Below, piece after piece: positions 49,706 to 60,351 of a stretch of 64,000 bases of DNA. Source of the stretch: an uncultured Acholeplasmataceae bacterium. Its GTDB lineage: Bacteria > Bacillota_I > Bacilli_A > ML615J-28 > CAG-698. The stretch covers positions 406 through 64,405 of the forward strand of contig CAUTZD010000004.1 in the NCBI GenBank assembly GCA_963542825.1, in the 5' to 3' direction. Numbering within the stretch: position 1 is the stretch's first letter; the number at the start of each line of letters is the position of its first letter. The translations under genes were made by a program, and so were the position numbers. Under the pieces are notes generated by a model. The model was not told the origin of the DNA, did no database searches, and saw only the letters and a list, made by a program, of their open reading frames with translations.

Positions 49706-50377
49706 TTACTTATCTTTCTTAAAACAAAGATACCAATCGATGCATTCAAGATTGCCATCTTTTCCAAGTTTCCGATTTTTAGCATCAGCGTTTGTGTGCG
49801 GAGGAGGAAGCAAAACATCTTTTCCTGGTTCCCAGTTAGCAGGCGTAACAACACCTTCCTTATCCGTTTTTTGTAAAGCCGTAACAAGACGTAAAATCTC
49901 AGGGATGTTGCGCCCATTTGATGAAGGATAATATAGTATCGATCTAACGATTCCTTTATCGTCGATTACAAATACTGCTCTTACAGTTTGGTTAGCTGAT
50001 GTTGCTTGAATCATTCCGTAAAGGTTAGCAACTTCCATTTTCAAATCTTCGATAATTGGAAAACCAATATTAACGTTCTTTTGTTCACCAATTTCATAGT
50101 TTTTAATAGCATCGACCCACGCAATATGTGAGAATAAACTATCAATTGATAAACCAATTAGCTGAACGTTTTTCTTCTCAAAGTCCTTGCGCATTCCTTC
50201 AAACGCCATGAACTCAGTTGTACATACAGGCGTGAAATCTGATGGATGAGAAAATAAAACGACCCATTTCTTTTCATAATCCTCAGGGAAGTTAACAGTT
50301 CCATGAGTAGTTACAGCTGTGAAGTGGGGAGCTTTCTCACCAATTAGTGGCATCTTGCCAAAATTTTTTTCTTCCAT
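49706..50377 (-). CDS. Peroxiredoxin (Prx6-like, 1-Cys type)
   Basis: FTPVCTTE peroxidatic Cys motif. 223 aa. Confidence 0.8.
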   Translation of the reverse strand: MEEKNFGKMPLIGEKAPHFTAVTTHGTVNFPEDYEKKWVVLFSHPSDFTPVCTTEFMAFEGMRKDFEKKNVQLIGLSIDSLFSHIAWVDAIKNYEIGEQKNVNIGFPIIEDLKMEVANLYGMIQATSANQTVRAVFVIDDKGIVRSILYYPSSNGRNIPEILRLVTALQKTDKEGVVTPANWEPGKDVLLPPPHTNADAKNRKLGKDGNLECIDWYLCFKKDK

Positions 50378-50415
50378 ATTTTTACCTCTTTCTTTAATTA
50401 CCTTGCTATTCTTAC

Positions 50416-51033
50416 CTAATAGTTAGTTTTTTTCAAGTTTAATGCTTTCATTGTTTTAACTGGTTCAAAGCTTAATCGATGAATCTTACAAAAGCCGTGT
50501 TCAATAAGTTCATCTTGATGAGTTTTGGTTAAATAGCCTTTGTGCTTGGAAAAAGAAAACCCCGGGAAGAGCTTTTCTTGACGCTTCATATACCGGTCAC
50601 GCATAACTTTCGCAACGATTGAGGCAGCAGCGATTGACACTGATTTTTGATCACCTTTGATGATTGATAAACTCGGGACTATTTCTTCGGAAAGCTTAAC
50701 AGCATCAAGCAAAGCATAGTCAGCAAAGGAAAAACGGATAACTTCTCTGAAGCCTTTTAGCGTTGCCTTAAGAATATTAATTCTATCAATAGTTTCTTCA
50801 CTAACAAAGCTCACACCAACAAATAAAGCCGTATCAAAGATCTTAGAAAATAATTCTTCCCGCTTCTTTTTGGAAAGTTTTTTACTGTCATTGATTCCCT
50901 TGGGAATCTTTTTCATGTCAAGAATAACCCCAGCAACAACTACCGGTCCTGCCACCGGACCACGCCCAGCTTCATCAAGACCAATAATCCTTTTATAGCC
51001 TTTCTTAATTAAGGTCTGTTCGAACTCTTTCAA
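50416..51033 (-). CDS. rnhB: Ribonuclease HII
   Basis: IIGLDEAGRGPVAGPVVVAGV. Confidence 0.85.
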   Translation of the reverse strand: MKEFEQTLIKKGYKRIIGLDEAGRGPVAGPVVVAGVILDMKKIPKGINDSKKLSKKKREELFSKIFDTALFVGVSFVSEETIDRINILKATLKGFREVIRFSFADYALLDAVKLSEEIVPSLSIIKGDQKSVSIAAASIVAKVMRDRYMKRQEKLFPGFSFSKHKGYLTKTHQDELIEHGFCKIHRLSFEPVKTMKALNLKKTNY

Positions 51034-51853
51034 GAAATAATTCTCCTAAATATCCTTTTTGGAAATCGTTGATGATTCGCTCATAGAGCCTTTCGTACTC
51101 GACTTGACCATTTTTCATAAGGCCAATACTCTTTCCAACTTCATTCAGAAAAGATAAGAAATCAAAATTCAAAAATCGGCGTTTGTAGCGATTTGTCAGT
51201 GCTACCGGATAATTGACCTCAAGGTACTCTAAAAGCCATAGGACAACAAGTTCTGTATCAATTTGGGTCTTTTTTATACCAAGACATAGAGCAATTTCAA
51301 CAGCATAGACTTCGTTTGTGATTTTGGGAGGGAGAATCCCTGGCGTATCATATATTTGAAAACCAAAATTAGTTTTTACGGGGCTTATCGTTTTTGTTAC
51401 CCCAGGTCTGTTTTCAACTTTTAAAACTTTCCGGCCTTTTAAAAAGTTAATGAATGTTGATTTACCAACGTTTGGAATACCAATAACAACCGCCTTAATT
51501 TCTGGCTTTAGCATGCCTTTGTTCTTTGCCTTAAGACGTTTTTCTTCCGTGATTTTTTTAAAAGCTTCTAAAAGCGGCTTTTCACCAAACCGCGTGACAC
51601 TATCAAAGAGAACGTAGTCGTGTCCTGAAGTTTTTTGTTTAACCGTGAATTCGTGAGCCCGTTTCTTATCTGTAAGGCTAGCTTTCGTAAGAACCGTGAT
51701 AATAGGAACCTCTTTAAAAATATCCAACAAAAAAGAGTTAGATGTTGCTTTGGGCGCTCTGCTATCGACAATCTCAATCACGAAGTCAACATCATTTTTG
51801 ATTGCCTCGAGGGCTTTCATCGATTTGGCCATATGACCAGGAAACCACTGCAT
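51005..51853 (-). CDS. rbgA: Ribosome biogenesis GTPase A (YlqF/RbgA)
   Basis: MQWFPGHMAKS...DSRAP circularly permuted GTPase, IGIPNVGKST. Confidence 0.85.
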   Translation of the reverse strand: MQWFPGHMAKSMKALEAIKNDVDFVIEIVDSRAPKATSNSFLLDIFKEVPIITVLTKASLTDKKRAHEFTVKQKTSGHDYVLFDSVTRFGEKPLLEAFKKITEEKRLKAKNKGMLKPEIKAVVIGIPNVGKSTFINFLKGRKVLKVENRPGVTKTISPVKTNFGFQIYDTPGILPPKITNEVYAVEIALCLGIKKTQIDTELVVLWLLEYLEVNYPVALTNRYKRRFLNFDFLSFLNEVGKSIGLMKNGQVEYERLYERIINDFQKGYLGELFLERVRTDLN

Positions 51854-51856
51854 ACA

Positions 51857-52636
51857 CTAACTCCACTTTTTATCTAATTTTTCGAATTTAAAAAAACCCA
51901 CTACTTTTTGGGTAACAACACCAACAATCTCGGAATATTTAAATGACCCAAGCTGAGTTGAATCAAAACTATGCGCCCGGTTATCTCCAAGTAAATAGTA
52001 TTCACCATCTGGTACTGTAAAACCTTTTGGCTCAACGTAATACCTTCGGGAACCTAAAAACGGTTCATTAAGCTTATTACCATTAACGTAAATATCAAAT
52101 CCCTTAAAATACAGTTTGTCTCCCGGAAGTCCAATAATCCGCTTAACCCAAAACTCACTTTGAAGAGGACGTGTATTTTTCTCGTTACGATATCTCGCAA
52201 CTGAAGATGTTGGTACATTAACAACGACGATGTCGTTACGCTCGAGTTTCGACCGGTGGACAACAAATACCATATCACGATCACTTAGGTTTGGTTTCAT
52301 CGAGCTTTGACTGACACGCGCTGGGAAAAAGAACACCGCAAAAATAAAAGTTACAAGAAAATAAATAATTGCGATGAAAAAGAAATTTTCAACAACCGTT
52401 TTCACCCATTTAGGGTGGTGCCGGTCTGTTGTTTCGAAACTTAAGGTTTTAGTTATCCTTGCGTATTCAACAGAATAAAGAATAACAAAAAACGTTGAAA
52501 GAATAATTCCTGCACCCGTAATATAATAAGAGAAAACCCGGTAAACCGAAACATTTGCAAGCGAAAAAATCAGAATTATAATAAAAAGTAGTTCTGTAAC
52601 GACAGCTTGAAATAATGGTAAACGAAAAAATTTCAT
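51857..52636 (-). CDS. lepB: Signal peptidase I
   Basis: SQSSMKPNL (catalytic Ser box), YYLLGDNRAHSFDS (box E), RIIGLPGD. ATGA overlap with the ftsK stop. Confidence 0.75.
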   Translation of the reverse strand: MKFFRLPLFQAVVTELLFIIILIFSLANVSVYRVFSYYITGAGIILSTFFVILYSVEYARITKTLSFETTDRHHPKWVKTVVENFFFIAIIYFLVTFIFAVFFFPARVSQSSMKPNLSDRDMVFVVHRSKLERNDIVVVNVPTSSVARYRNEKNTRPLQSEFWVKRIIGLPGDKLYFKGFDIYVNGNKLNEPFLGSRRYYVEPKGFTVPDGEYYLLGDNRAHSFDSTQLGSFKYSEIVGVVTQKVVGFFKFEKLDKKWS

Positions 52637-54846
52637 AGCCGGGAAATGATCTCTTCAAACTCTTGGGGTGAAACTAAAACTTCCCGAGCCCGGGAACCAA
52701 GGTTTTCAGATATTATTCCTAAATCTTCCATCGCTTGGATAATATTTTGCGCGCGGTTAAAGCCAATACCAAATGTCTTTTGAATTTTGTTCATCGATGC
52801 ACTTCCTTGTTCCATGACAAATGAGGCAATCTGAACAAAAAGTTCATCGTTTGCTGCATCAAAAGCGATGCCAGAACTATTTCCAGTATTAATTGGCTCA
52901 TTTAGTTCTTCTTCAGAGATTATGTAATCAGGTTCAGAATTTGCGGAAATAAATTCAGTTACGGCTCTAATTTCTTCGTTAGAAACGAAAGCTCCCTGAA
53001 TTCTTGAAGTATCGCGAGAATCAAAATAAAGCATATCGCCCTGGCCAAGAAGCTTTTCAGCTCCGCCCTGATCAAGAATAATTGAAGAATCGACTTGACT
53101 GTTAACCATAAAAGCGATTCGGTTAGGGATGTTGCCTTTGATTGTACCCCGGATAACATCAACTGATGGGCGCTGAGTAGCCAGAATCAAATGGATACCA
53201 GCTGCTCGTCCTTTTTGGGCAATTCGCTGAACATAAAGTTCAACATCGTTACCAGTTGCCGTTGACATGAGATCCGCAAACTCATCAACGATAATTACGA
53301 TATAAGGGAGATGCTCGCGGTTACGGTCACTTTTTGTCAGTTCATTATAATCAACAATATTTCGGGCCTTAACCGTTGCCATAATCTTATAGCGTTCATC
53401 CATTTCTTTTGATGCCCAGTTAAGAGCCTGGGTAGCTACTTTTGCATCGGTAATAACTGGTGTTGCAAGGTGGGGAATATCAGAATAGCTTGACAGCTCG
53501 ATAAACTTCGGGTCAACAAGAATCATCTTAAGGTCATCCGGATGAGCACGATAAAGCATACTCATAATAAACGAGTTAATACAAACAGATTTACCAGAAC
53601 CAGTTGTACCGGCAATTAAGCAGTGTGGCATCTTTGACACGTCAGGGAAAATATTTTCACCACCAATATCGGTACCTAAAACCACAGTAAGAGGGTTTTT
53701 GTTTTTACTAATTTTCGGATCTTTTAAAAGCTCGCCAAAGAAAACCAAATCCTTAACAGCATTTGGTACTTCGATGCCAACAGTTGATTTGCCAGGAATT
53801 GGCGCTTCGATACGAATGCTTTTAGCCCGAAGGTTTGCCATGATGTTGGAGTTAATCGCGGTAATCCGGTTCATCTTGACACCAGGGTCAAGCTGAATTT
53901 CATACTGGGTTACGGTTGGTCCAGGAGTGTAGTTAACAACACTTCCACCAATCCCAAACTCCACAAGTGTATTATTAATAATTTCTTTTTGTTTTAAAAT
54001 TCCACCAATTAAATCATTTTGGTCAACAGGACGTCCTGAATGTAAAAGATCAAGCGGTGGAAAAACATAATGAGTACGTCTTTTTTTGCCAACACTGCGA
54101 ACTGTTTTTGACTGTTCTTCATCGCGCGACTTATATTCCTTTTTCAAAGGAATCGTAACTTCTACAGGGTCTTTATCATAAATAGGTGTTGTTTCCTCAA
54201 CATAAGTTTGACGTTCGGGTTTCTTTTGGGTAGAAAGGTACCGTGAATAATCAGGAGTTGGATCAAGAATAATCTTTCCTTCTTCATCATAGCCTGTAAA
54301 GTTTTCATCAAATGTGTCTTCTTTTGTTTTTGACTGTGTTTCCTTTACTGTATAATCAACATCATCATCAAGAAAACTCGAAGTAAATTCTTTAGGTTCA
54401 GAAGGACTATTAAAACCAAAATCGTCAGTTGCAGTTTTTGTGTCTTTCAAAAGATCATCAACTTCTTCAGTCACCTTCTCTTCAAGCGATTTTAAAGCAA
54501 CATAATCAGGAATCGTTGTCGCATTACGACCCCTCACAACAGTTGTTTGCGAGTTTGATTTAATGACGCCTTCAAGTTCGCTGTTTGTTTTGCTGTATAA
54601 ATCATCAGGATTAACTTTTACAAGATACTCGGAAAAATCATCCTTTTTAACGCGTTCATCTTCGTCGCGGAAAATGTCGTACTGCCGACCCTGATTACCA
54701 TAACTTGTTCCATGGTAAGTAAACTGATCCTTGACATGCTTTCCATAAATTGGTGAAATAAAACCTGCGTTCTTTTTCTTCTGGTTTTTGGGTGCTTCTT
54801 CGTCGTCTTTTTTTATTTGGGGAATGTAAAAATTTTTCTTTGCCAT
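52633..54846 (-). CDS. ftsK: FtsK/SpoIIIE-family DNA translocase, soluble type without N-terminal TM helices (SftA-like)
   Basis: Walker A GTTGSGKSVCINS, gamma-domain-like C-terminus. N-terminus is hydrophilic. Confidence 0.88.
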   Translation of the reverse strand: MAKKNFYIPQIKKDDEEAPKNQKKKNAGFISPIYGKHVKDQFTYHGTSYGNQGRQYDIFRDEDERVKKDDFSEYLVKVNPDDLYSKTNSELEGVIKSNSQTTVVRGRNATTIPDYVALKSLEEKVTEEVDDLLKDTKTATDDFGFNSPSEPKEFTSSFLDDDVDYTVKETQSKTKEDTFDENFTGYDEEGKIILDPTPDYSRYLSTQKKPERQTYVEETTPIYDKDPVEVTIPLKKEYKSRDEEQSKTVRSVGKKRRTHYVFPPLDLLHSGRPVDQNDLIGGILKQKEIINNTLVEFGIGGSVVNYTPGPTVTQYEIQLDPGVKMNRITAINSNIMANLRAKSIRIEAPIPGKSTVGIEVPNAVKDLVFFGELLKDPKISKNKNPLTVVLGTDIGGENIFPDVSKMPHCLIAGTTGSGKSVCINSFIMSMLYRAHPDDLKMILVDPKFIELSSYSDIPHLATPVITDAKVATQALNWASKEMDERYKIMATVKARNIVDYNELTKSDRNREHLPYIVIIVDEFADLMSTATGNDVELYVQRIAQKGRAAGIHLILATQRPSVDVIRGTIKGNIPNRIAFMVNSQVDSSIILDQGGAEKLLGQGDMLYFDSRDTSRIQGAFVSNEEIRAVTEFISANSEPDYIISEEELNEPINTGNSSGIAFDAANDELFVQIASFVMEQGSASMNKIQKTFGIGFNRAQNIIQAMEDLGIISENLGSRAREVLVSPQEFEEIISRL

Positions 54847-54960
54847 TCTTTCTTTCCTTATTATTTTATTACCATTTATTATACACTATAAAAGAATTTT
54901 TAACAAATTTTTTTGAATTTTTTTCTTTAAAATTTTTAGTTTGTTTGGTATAGTTAGAGG

Positions 54961-55785
54961 ATGAAACTAAAGAAACTACAGAACTATTTGATTGCTGTTG
55001 ATCTTGATGGAACGCTTGTTGATAGTCATGGAAGAAACGATAAAAAAAGCTTTCGCCTCTTAAAAAAGCTAAGTAAAAATAACTACGTCGTTATTGCTAC
55101 TGGAAGACCTTGGCGAATCAGCGAATCATTTTACCAGCTTTTGAAACTGGAAACACCAATCATCAACTACAACGGATCGCTTGTCCATAACCCAAGTAAT
55201 CCTTTGTTTACAGAATATCACGAAGTCATTCCTAAGGAAGACATGATTAAGCTCACCGAAGCGTTTAATGATAGCATGACAATATTTTGTGAAATCAGAG
55301 ATGATATTTACTTAAACAAAGAAGATCAAACAATAAATAAATATTTATATGCGATGCCAAATACGAAAGTAACTGTTGGTAAGTTTAAAGATACGTTAAC
55401 GTGTAATCCTCATGGAGCAATCATTTTACTAAAATCGGGGTTTGAGAATAAACTAAAAGATTATATCAACAAAACATTTCCAAATACTTATGCTATTAGA
55501 TTTTGGTGTAGTGATGGTGAACATGTTGTTTGTGAGTTTCACAAAAAGTGTGCCTCAAAACTTAATGCACTTTTGTACATCTCAAAGTACTATAATATTC
55601 CTTTTGATAAAACGATAGCAATCGGTGATGCGGAAAACGACCTCAAAATGATTGAAGGGGTCAAATATGGAGCACTTATGGGCAACTCTCACCCTAGTTT
55701 AACAACTAATGTTAAAAAAATATTGCCAATTGAAAAACATGGCGTTTACTATTTTCTTAAAAGCCTTAACAAAAAACTAATTTAA
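54961..55785 (+). CDS. Cof-type HAD-IIB family hydrolase (sugar phosphatase-like)
   Basis: IAVDLDGTLV (motif I), GDAENDLKM (motif IV). Confidence 0.8.
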   Translation: MKLKKLQNYLIAVDLDGTLVDSHGRNDKKSFRLLKKLSKNNYVVIATGRPWRISESFYQLLKLETPIINYNGSLVHNPSNPLFTEYHEVIPKEDMIKLTEAFNDSMTIFCEIRDDIYLNKEDQTINKYLYAMPNTKVTVGKFKDTLTCNPHGAIILLKSGFENKLKDYINKTFPNTYAIRFWCSDGEHVVCEFHKKCASKLNALLYISKYYNIPFDKTIAIGDAENDLKMIEGVKYGALMGNSHPSLTTNVKKILPIEKHGVYYFLKSLNKKLI

Positions 55786-55836
55786 AACGGAGGTATGATG
55801 AGGTGAACCCAAAAAATTGGACATTTTTATAATAAT

Positions 55837-56159
55837 TTAATTTGTCGTAAGACGGGACTGTTGTCTATATTCTAATGGACTCAGTCCTTTTAATTTGACT
55901 TTAATTCTGTCTTTGTTGTAGTACTTTATATATTTTATCATCGCCTGTTCTAAATCATGAAGTGATTTGAATTCATGTTCATGACCATAAAACATTTCGT
56001 TTTTCATAATTCCAAAGAAGTTTTTCATTAAAGAATTATCAAGGCAGTTTCCTTTTCTAGACATAGACTGGATAATGCCTTTATCCTTTAGAATCTTTTG
56101 ATAATAGCACATTTGATATTGCCAACCTTGATCACTGTGAAATATTAAACCATTTAAGT
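55837..56159 (-). pseudogene. IS3-family transposase (OrfB) C-terminal remnant, about 105 aa from the second DDE residue onward
   Basis: ...LIFHSDQGWQY...SMSRKGNCLDNS...FFG.MKNE...YYN..R..KL...SPLEYR. The frame is open to a stop at about 56160 and there is no upstream catalytic domain. Confidence 0.7.
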
Positions 56160-56163
56160 TATT

Positions 56164-56421
56164 TTATTTATTAAAAGCTTTATCAAGCATATCTAAAATT
56201 TGATCAAAGTTTGGACTTTGAGAAATCGAATAAGAATCGTTTAAATAAAAATGAACAAGTTGCTCTTTAGCACAATTGTAAATAGACACATAATCAATAT
56301 TTTTTTCTTCAATACCGTTGTTTTTTAAGATTTCTATTAGTTTTAATAAACTATCTTTCTTAGTTTCCATTTGTGTATCCTTTTGCTTGCGTATTAAACA
56401 GTTCAGAGTATTTTGCGCCAA
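56164..56421 (-). CDS. Small hypothetical ORF overlapping the 3' end of the ABC transporter gene (85 aa)
   Basis: ORF only. Possibly spurious. Confidence 0.2.
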   Translation of the reverse strand: MAQNTLNCLIRKQKDTQMETKKDSLLKLIEILKNNGIEEKNIDYVSIYNCAKEQLVHFYLNDSYSISQSPNFDQILDMLDKAFNK

Positions 56422-58132
56422 GTTTAATCAATTCGATGTGGTTGCCCGACTCAATAATTTTTCCTTCTTCTATATAAATTATTTTATCGGCGTCCTTCGT
56501 TGTTGACAAACGATGGGAAATTAAAATTAAAATTTTATTTTGGGTGAAATTTTGTATAAGTTTATTTAATTTTTTTTCACTTATTGGATCTAGCATACTT
56601 GATGGCTCATCCATAATAAAGCAACTCCCGTTTTTATATAATAATCTTGACAAAGCAAGCTTTTGAATCTCACCACCAGACAAAATAAGCCCTTCCTTAC
56701 TAAACATTTTGGTATATTGGCTGTTGATTTTTAATTCGCTTTGTTCTATTTTTTCGTATATTCCGGTTTTCTTAAGTGCGTCGATTATTTTATCTTTTTT
56801 GTATTCTGTTTCGCACGAAATTTGTTCTGCGATTGAAATAGAATATAATTGAAAATCTTGAAATATACTTGATATATGTTTTCTTAACTGTTTAACATCG
56901 TATTTTTTAATATTTATATTATTAATTAGTATTTCACCTTCCGATACATCGTAGAATCTCATCATAAGTTTAATTAATGTTGTTTTGCCGACGCCATTTA
57001 ACCCCACAATAGCAAGTTTTTGACTTCTGAAAACTGAAAACGATACATCGTTAATAATTAGTTTTTCGCTGAACGGATATTTAAATGATACATTTTTAAA
57101 TTCTATGCTTTCTATCTTATCAATGTTTAATGTTTTTTCTCCGCCTTCTTTTTCGATTATTGGTTTGTACTCCATTACTCTTCTAAAGTTTTTCACAAAA
57201 AGTGAGCTTTCTTTAAAATTAGAAACGTTTCTAGATACTTCAGAGACACTATTGTTAAATAAATTGAACGAACTCCACAATGCACCAACATCACCATAAG
57301 AAATTATCCTTTTAATTCCTTGATATGCAATGTAACCTAGTGGTATAAGATAATTAATGATAACTACCAAAAATGATTGAACAAAATTTTTAATGTTATT
57401 ATCTTTTTTTATCCGCTTCTTTATGTTAATTTTTTCATGACAAGAATCAACATATTTATTTTCTATAATGTTCTTTAAACCGAAATATTGTTTTATGTCA
57501 AAAATAGTTTTTCGATCATAAAAAACACTTTTAAAATAATTAATTTTTCTTTCTGGTATTGCCAATTTATTTTGATTTAGATATTTTTTCTTAACAAATA
57601 AAATATCTAGGAAATAAAAAATAATGCTTGTGAAAACAGCGATTAGCAAGAGGAGTGGATCAATGTAAATTATTATCGAAAAAGAAATAATTATGCAAAG
57701 TATGTTATTTATAAATTGGAAAAATTGGTTGTATACAATCATTGCTCTATTATCAGCTTCTTTAACCGCTCGCATTAATTCGTTATTAAAAGCCGGATCA
57801 TCGAAAACTTCAATATCCAAACTAGAGATTTTTTCCAGAAGCATAATATTTAATTTTTTAGATACTTTAATGCTTAGTATTTCGTTCTGGTAATTAAAAA
57901 TAATAGACGCAAAAATTCTTGTTGTAAATTCAATTAAAGCAAACGCCGAAATATAAATAATAACATTGTAAAATTTTTCTTGCTTTTCTATTGAGTCAAT
58001 AATGATTTTAAAAATAAAAACTCTTAAAAAAGTCGGAATTGTGTTATATAACACATATAAAATCCTAAACAAAAAATTTTTTTTGTCGGCTCCCCAAACT
58101 ATTTTCAACATATAAAAACAATTTTTAATCAT
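56360..58132 (-). CDS. ABC transporter, fused permease/ATP-binding half-transporter (exporter type)
   Basis: Six predicted TM segments then an NBD with GLNGVGKTTL, LSGGEIQKLALSRL, IMDEPSSMLD. Confidence 0.85.
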   Translation of the reverse strand: MIKNCFYMLKIVWGADKKNFLFRILYVLYNTIPTFLRVFIFKIIIDSIEKQEKFYNVIIYISAFALIEFTTRIFASIIFNYQNEILSIKVSKKLNIMLLEKISSLDIEVFDDPAFNNELMRAVKEADNRAMIVYNQFFQFINNILCIIISFSIIIYIDPLLLLIAVFTSIIFYFLDILFVKKKYLNQNKLAIPERKINYFKSVFYDRKTIFDIKQYFGLKNIIENKYVDSCHEKINIKKRIKKDNNIKNFVQSFLVVIINYLIPLGYIAYQGIKRIISYGDVGALWSSFNLFNNSVSEVSRNVSNFKESSLFVKNFRRVMEYKPIIEKEGGEKTLNIDKIESIEFKNVSFKYPFSEKLIINDVSFSVFRSQKLAIVGLNGVGKTTLIKLMMRFYDVSEGEILINNINIKKYDVKQLRKHISSIFQDFQLYSISIAEQISCETEYKKDKIIDALKKTGIYEKIEQSELKINSQYTKMFSKEGLILSGGEIQKLALSRLLYKNGSCFIMDEPSSMLDPISEKKLNKLIQNFTQNKILILISHRLSTTKDADKIIYIEEGKIIESGNHIELIKLGAKYSELFNTQAKGYTNGN

Positions 58133-58211
58133 TTTATAACTCCTTAATTATTTTAATTAAATCATTATTCAAACTATTGTATGTAAGTAAAAATCCATTT
58201 GCTTTTTTGTT

Positions 58212-58256
58212 GATTTTAAAACATTGTAGTGAACCCCTAAAGTTGGACACCAACTG
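58212..58256 (-). terminator. Nested hairpin (12-bp outer stem GTAGTGAACCCC/GGGGTTCACTAC, 6-bp inner stem AGTTGG/CCAACT) after the GHL10 gene
   Basis: Read directly. Followed by a weak U-tract. Confidence 0.4.
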
Positions 58257-58287
58257 AGGGGGTTCACTACATGAAACCTCCGTTTTT

Positions 58288-60351
58288 CTATTTAAATAAA
58301 CTGTCAAAAAAGTTGTTTAGCTCTGCTTGTAAATAATTAAAGTCTTCAGTAACATCACCGCTTGCCAAGGATAAAGTAAATTCTTTCGTTCCTTTTTGGG
58401 TAAGAATTTTTAGATACAAATACGGATTAACATCGAAAAGTTCAACATCAAACTTAACTTTACTGAAAACTGGGGAAATAGGTTTCCCTGTATAATCTTT
58501 ATAATTTTGAGAAACTTCAAGTTTCAAAACCTCGAGCGTTTGTCCATAAAGATCTGGCAAAAACTCAAAATCAATTGTTAGATTATTATTATTTCTTGTA
58601 ACTGTATAATTACAATCTTTCCGGTTATAAACAAACGAAGGCTTTGCTTCTTTTGTATTAACAAGTGTTACTTCTCCTTCCTCTCCAGCTTTGTTTAAAG
58701 GAACAAAGAAAAGATAGGGATAAAGTGCAGCTGATGATCTTGACAGCATAAAATAATAGTAGCCGTCAACATTTCTAAGAAGCGGAGTTATTTTCGTTTT
58801 TGTTTTTGGGTCTTTTGACTGTGAACCAAAAAGCATGAGCGTTTGCCCTGGGTCTTCCATCTTAATCCGGTAATACTTATCATTTCCTTTTATGTCCTCT
58901 GATACTTCTAAAGTTCCTTTATAAGTTTCGTAGTTGGGAGCTTGAAGAAAAGTAGGCGTACTTCCTTTTTCAAGAGGTCTTTGGGCTTTCGTTGACGAAA
59001 GGGAAGTGTGGCTTGGTAAACTAACAAGACGTGATAAACGGTTTTCCCGGTGAAGCCTCATAATATCGACAGAATTTTCGTGTTGAACAAGTGACCTATA
59101 AGAAAATAAAGCGAAGCCCTTGACCATTGGATAGTATTCATCGAGTGTGGCTATTTCTTTATAGAGTTCAAATTTATCACTTTTCCAGCCGTCTTCGCTG
59201 CCTTGCATAACACCCTTACGGTAGAGCCCAAGTCCACAATAGAGATGGGTTTTGCTGTTTTTACAAACATAGCTCCACCACCTGACAAGTTCACGATACT
59301 CAGTAATAGCATTACCAATTCCTTGATACATCTGAGGAATTACATAATCGATTAGTTCCTCATCAACCCATTTCTTAACGTTTGAATATAATGGATATGA
59401 ATAGTGAGCATAGCCACCAGTTCTACTACCGTTAGTCAAAGCTACTCCGTTTCCATCATACTCAATTTTTCCATCGCCATTTCGCCAAACACCTGATGGG
59501 GAAATACCAAGCTGTACAAAACGCTTAAGTTCGCTATTTAATTCAAAGATGCGTTTCCGTAAATCAAAAATTAAAAGATCGACCTGCCGGCGCCTAAAAT
59601 CAGCTAAATTTTCAGAAGGTAGTTTATACTCATCGTATGACTCCTTGTCATCTTCTGGATTCAACTTAATGTAGAAATAATCATCGAAGTGAATAGCATC
59701 GATGCCGTATTTTCGAATAATTTCTTCACAAACATCGATGATATGTTTTCTCACAACAGGTTTTGCTGGGTCAAGAATCGATGCCGTTTCTCCAGAAACT
59801 GTTGAAACTAAAATGTTTTCAGCACTGCTTGCAGGATTTAAAGGATAGTCCTTAAATTTTTTAGCAATCTCTTCTTTGCTTGTTGGTGTGTTCACCGAAT
59901 AAATCCGATAAGGATTGAGCCAAGCATGAAACTCGATGCCATTTTTATGGCACTCTTCGATGAACCACGGAAGATAAGCCATATCAGTACCTTTTGTGTA
60001 AGTGCTAACTGGAGCTAAGCTACTTTCATACAAACTGTCATTAAGAATCCGCAAATGAAAATACACAACATTCAAATGATTGCGTTTCATAACTTCAATA
60101 ACTTCAGTTAATCTATTTTTAATTACGCTGAGGTCTCCACGCAAAGAGATATCACCAACGTGTGGCGTTAGCCAAACACCCCGATGTTCCTCACTATGGT
60201 TTACTATTTCTAAATCACTAGTGTCAGTTGGCCAAGATGGTGGCGGCGTTAAACCGGCATGAGATTTCGCAAAAATCTGTTGATTAAAAAAGCCGAGTGT
60301 TAGTATAAATATTAACAGTACAAATATCCATATTCGTTTAAATAATTTCAT
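58288..60351 (-). CDS. Secreted glycoside hydrolase-like family 10 (GHL10 / YngK-like) protein
   Basis: Signal peptide. HAWLNPY, GIDAIHFDDYFY motifs. Confidence 0.65.
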   Translation of the reverse strand: MKLFKRIWIFVLLIFILTLGFFNQQIFAKSHAGLTPPPSWPTDTSDLEIVNHSEEHRGVWLTPHVGDISLRGDLSVIKNRLTEVIEVMKRNHLNVVYFHLRILNDSLYESSLAPVSTYTKGTDMAYLPWFIEECHKNGIEFHAWLNPYRIYSVNTPTSKEEIAKKFKDYPLNPASSAENILVSTVSGETASILDPAKPVVRKHIIDVCEEIIRKYGIDAIHFDDYFYIKLNPEDDKESYDEYKLPSENLADFRRRQVDLLIFDLRKRIFELNSELKRFVQLGISPSGVWRNGDGKIEYDGNGVALTNGSRTGGYAHYSYPLYSNVKKWVDEELIDYVIPQMYQGIGNAITEYRELVRWWSYVCKNSKTHLYCGLGLYRKGVMQGSEDGWKSDKFELYKEIATLDEYYPMVKGFALFSYRSLVQHENSVDIMRLHRENRLSRLVSLPSHTSLSSTKAQRPLEKGSTPTFLQAPNYETYKGTLEVSEDIKGNDKYYRIKMEDPGQTLMLFGSQSKDPKTKTKITPLLRNVDGYYYFMLSRSSAALYPYLFFVPLNKAGEEGEVTLVNTKEAKPSFVYNRKDCNYTVTRNNNNLTIDFEFLPDLYGQTLEVLKLEVSQNYKDYTGKPISPVFSKVKFDVELFDVNPYLYLKILTQKGTKEFTLSLASGDVTEDFNYLQAELNNFFDSLFK

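Noticed and set aside
49702-49931. Small overlapping ORFs between topA and the peroxiredoxin gene
   Set aside because: The region is the Prx terminator hairpin and the topA promoter. The ORFs overlap the Prx 3' end on both strands without RBS.
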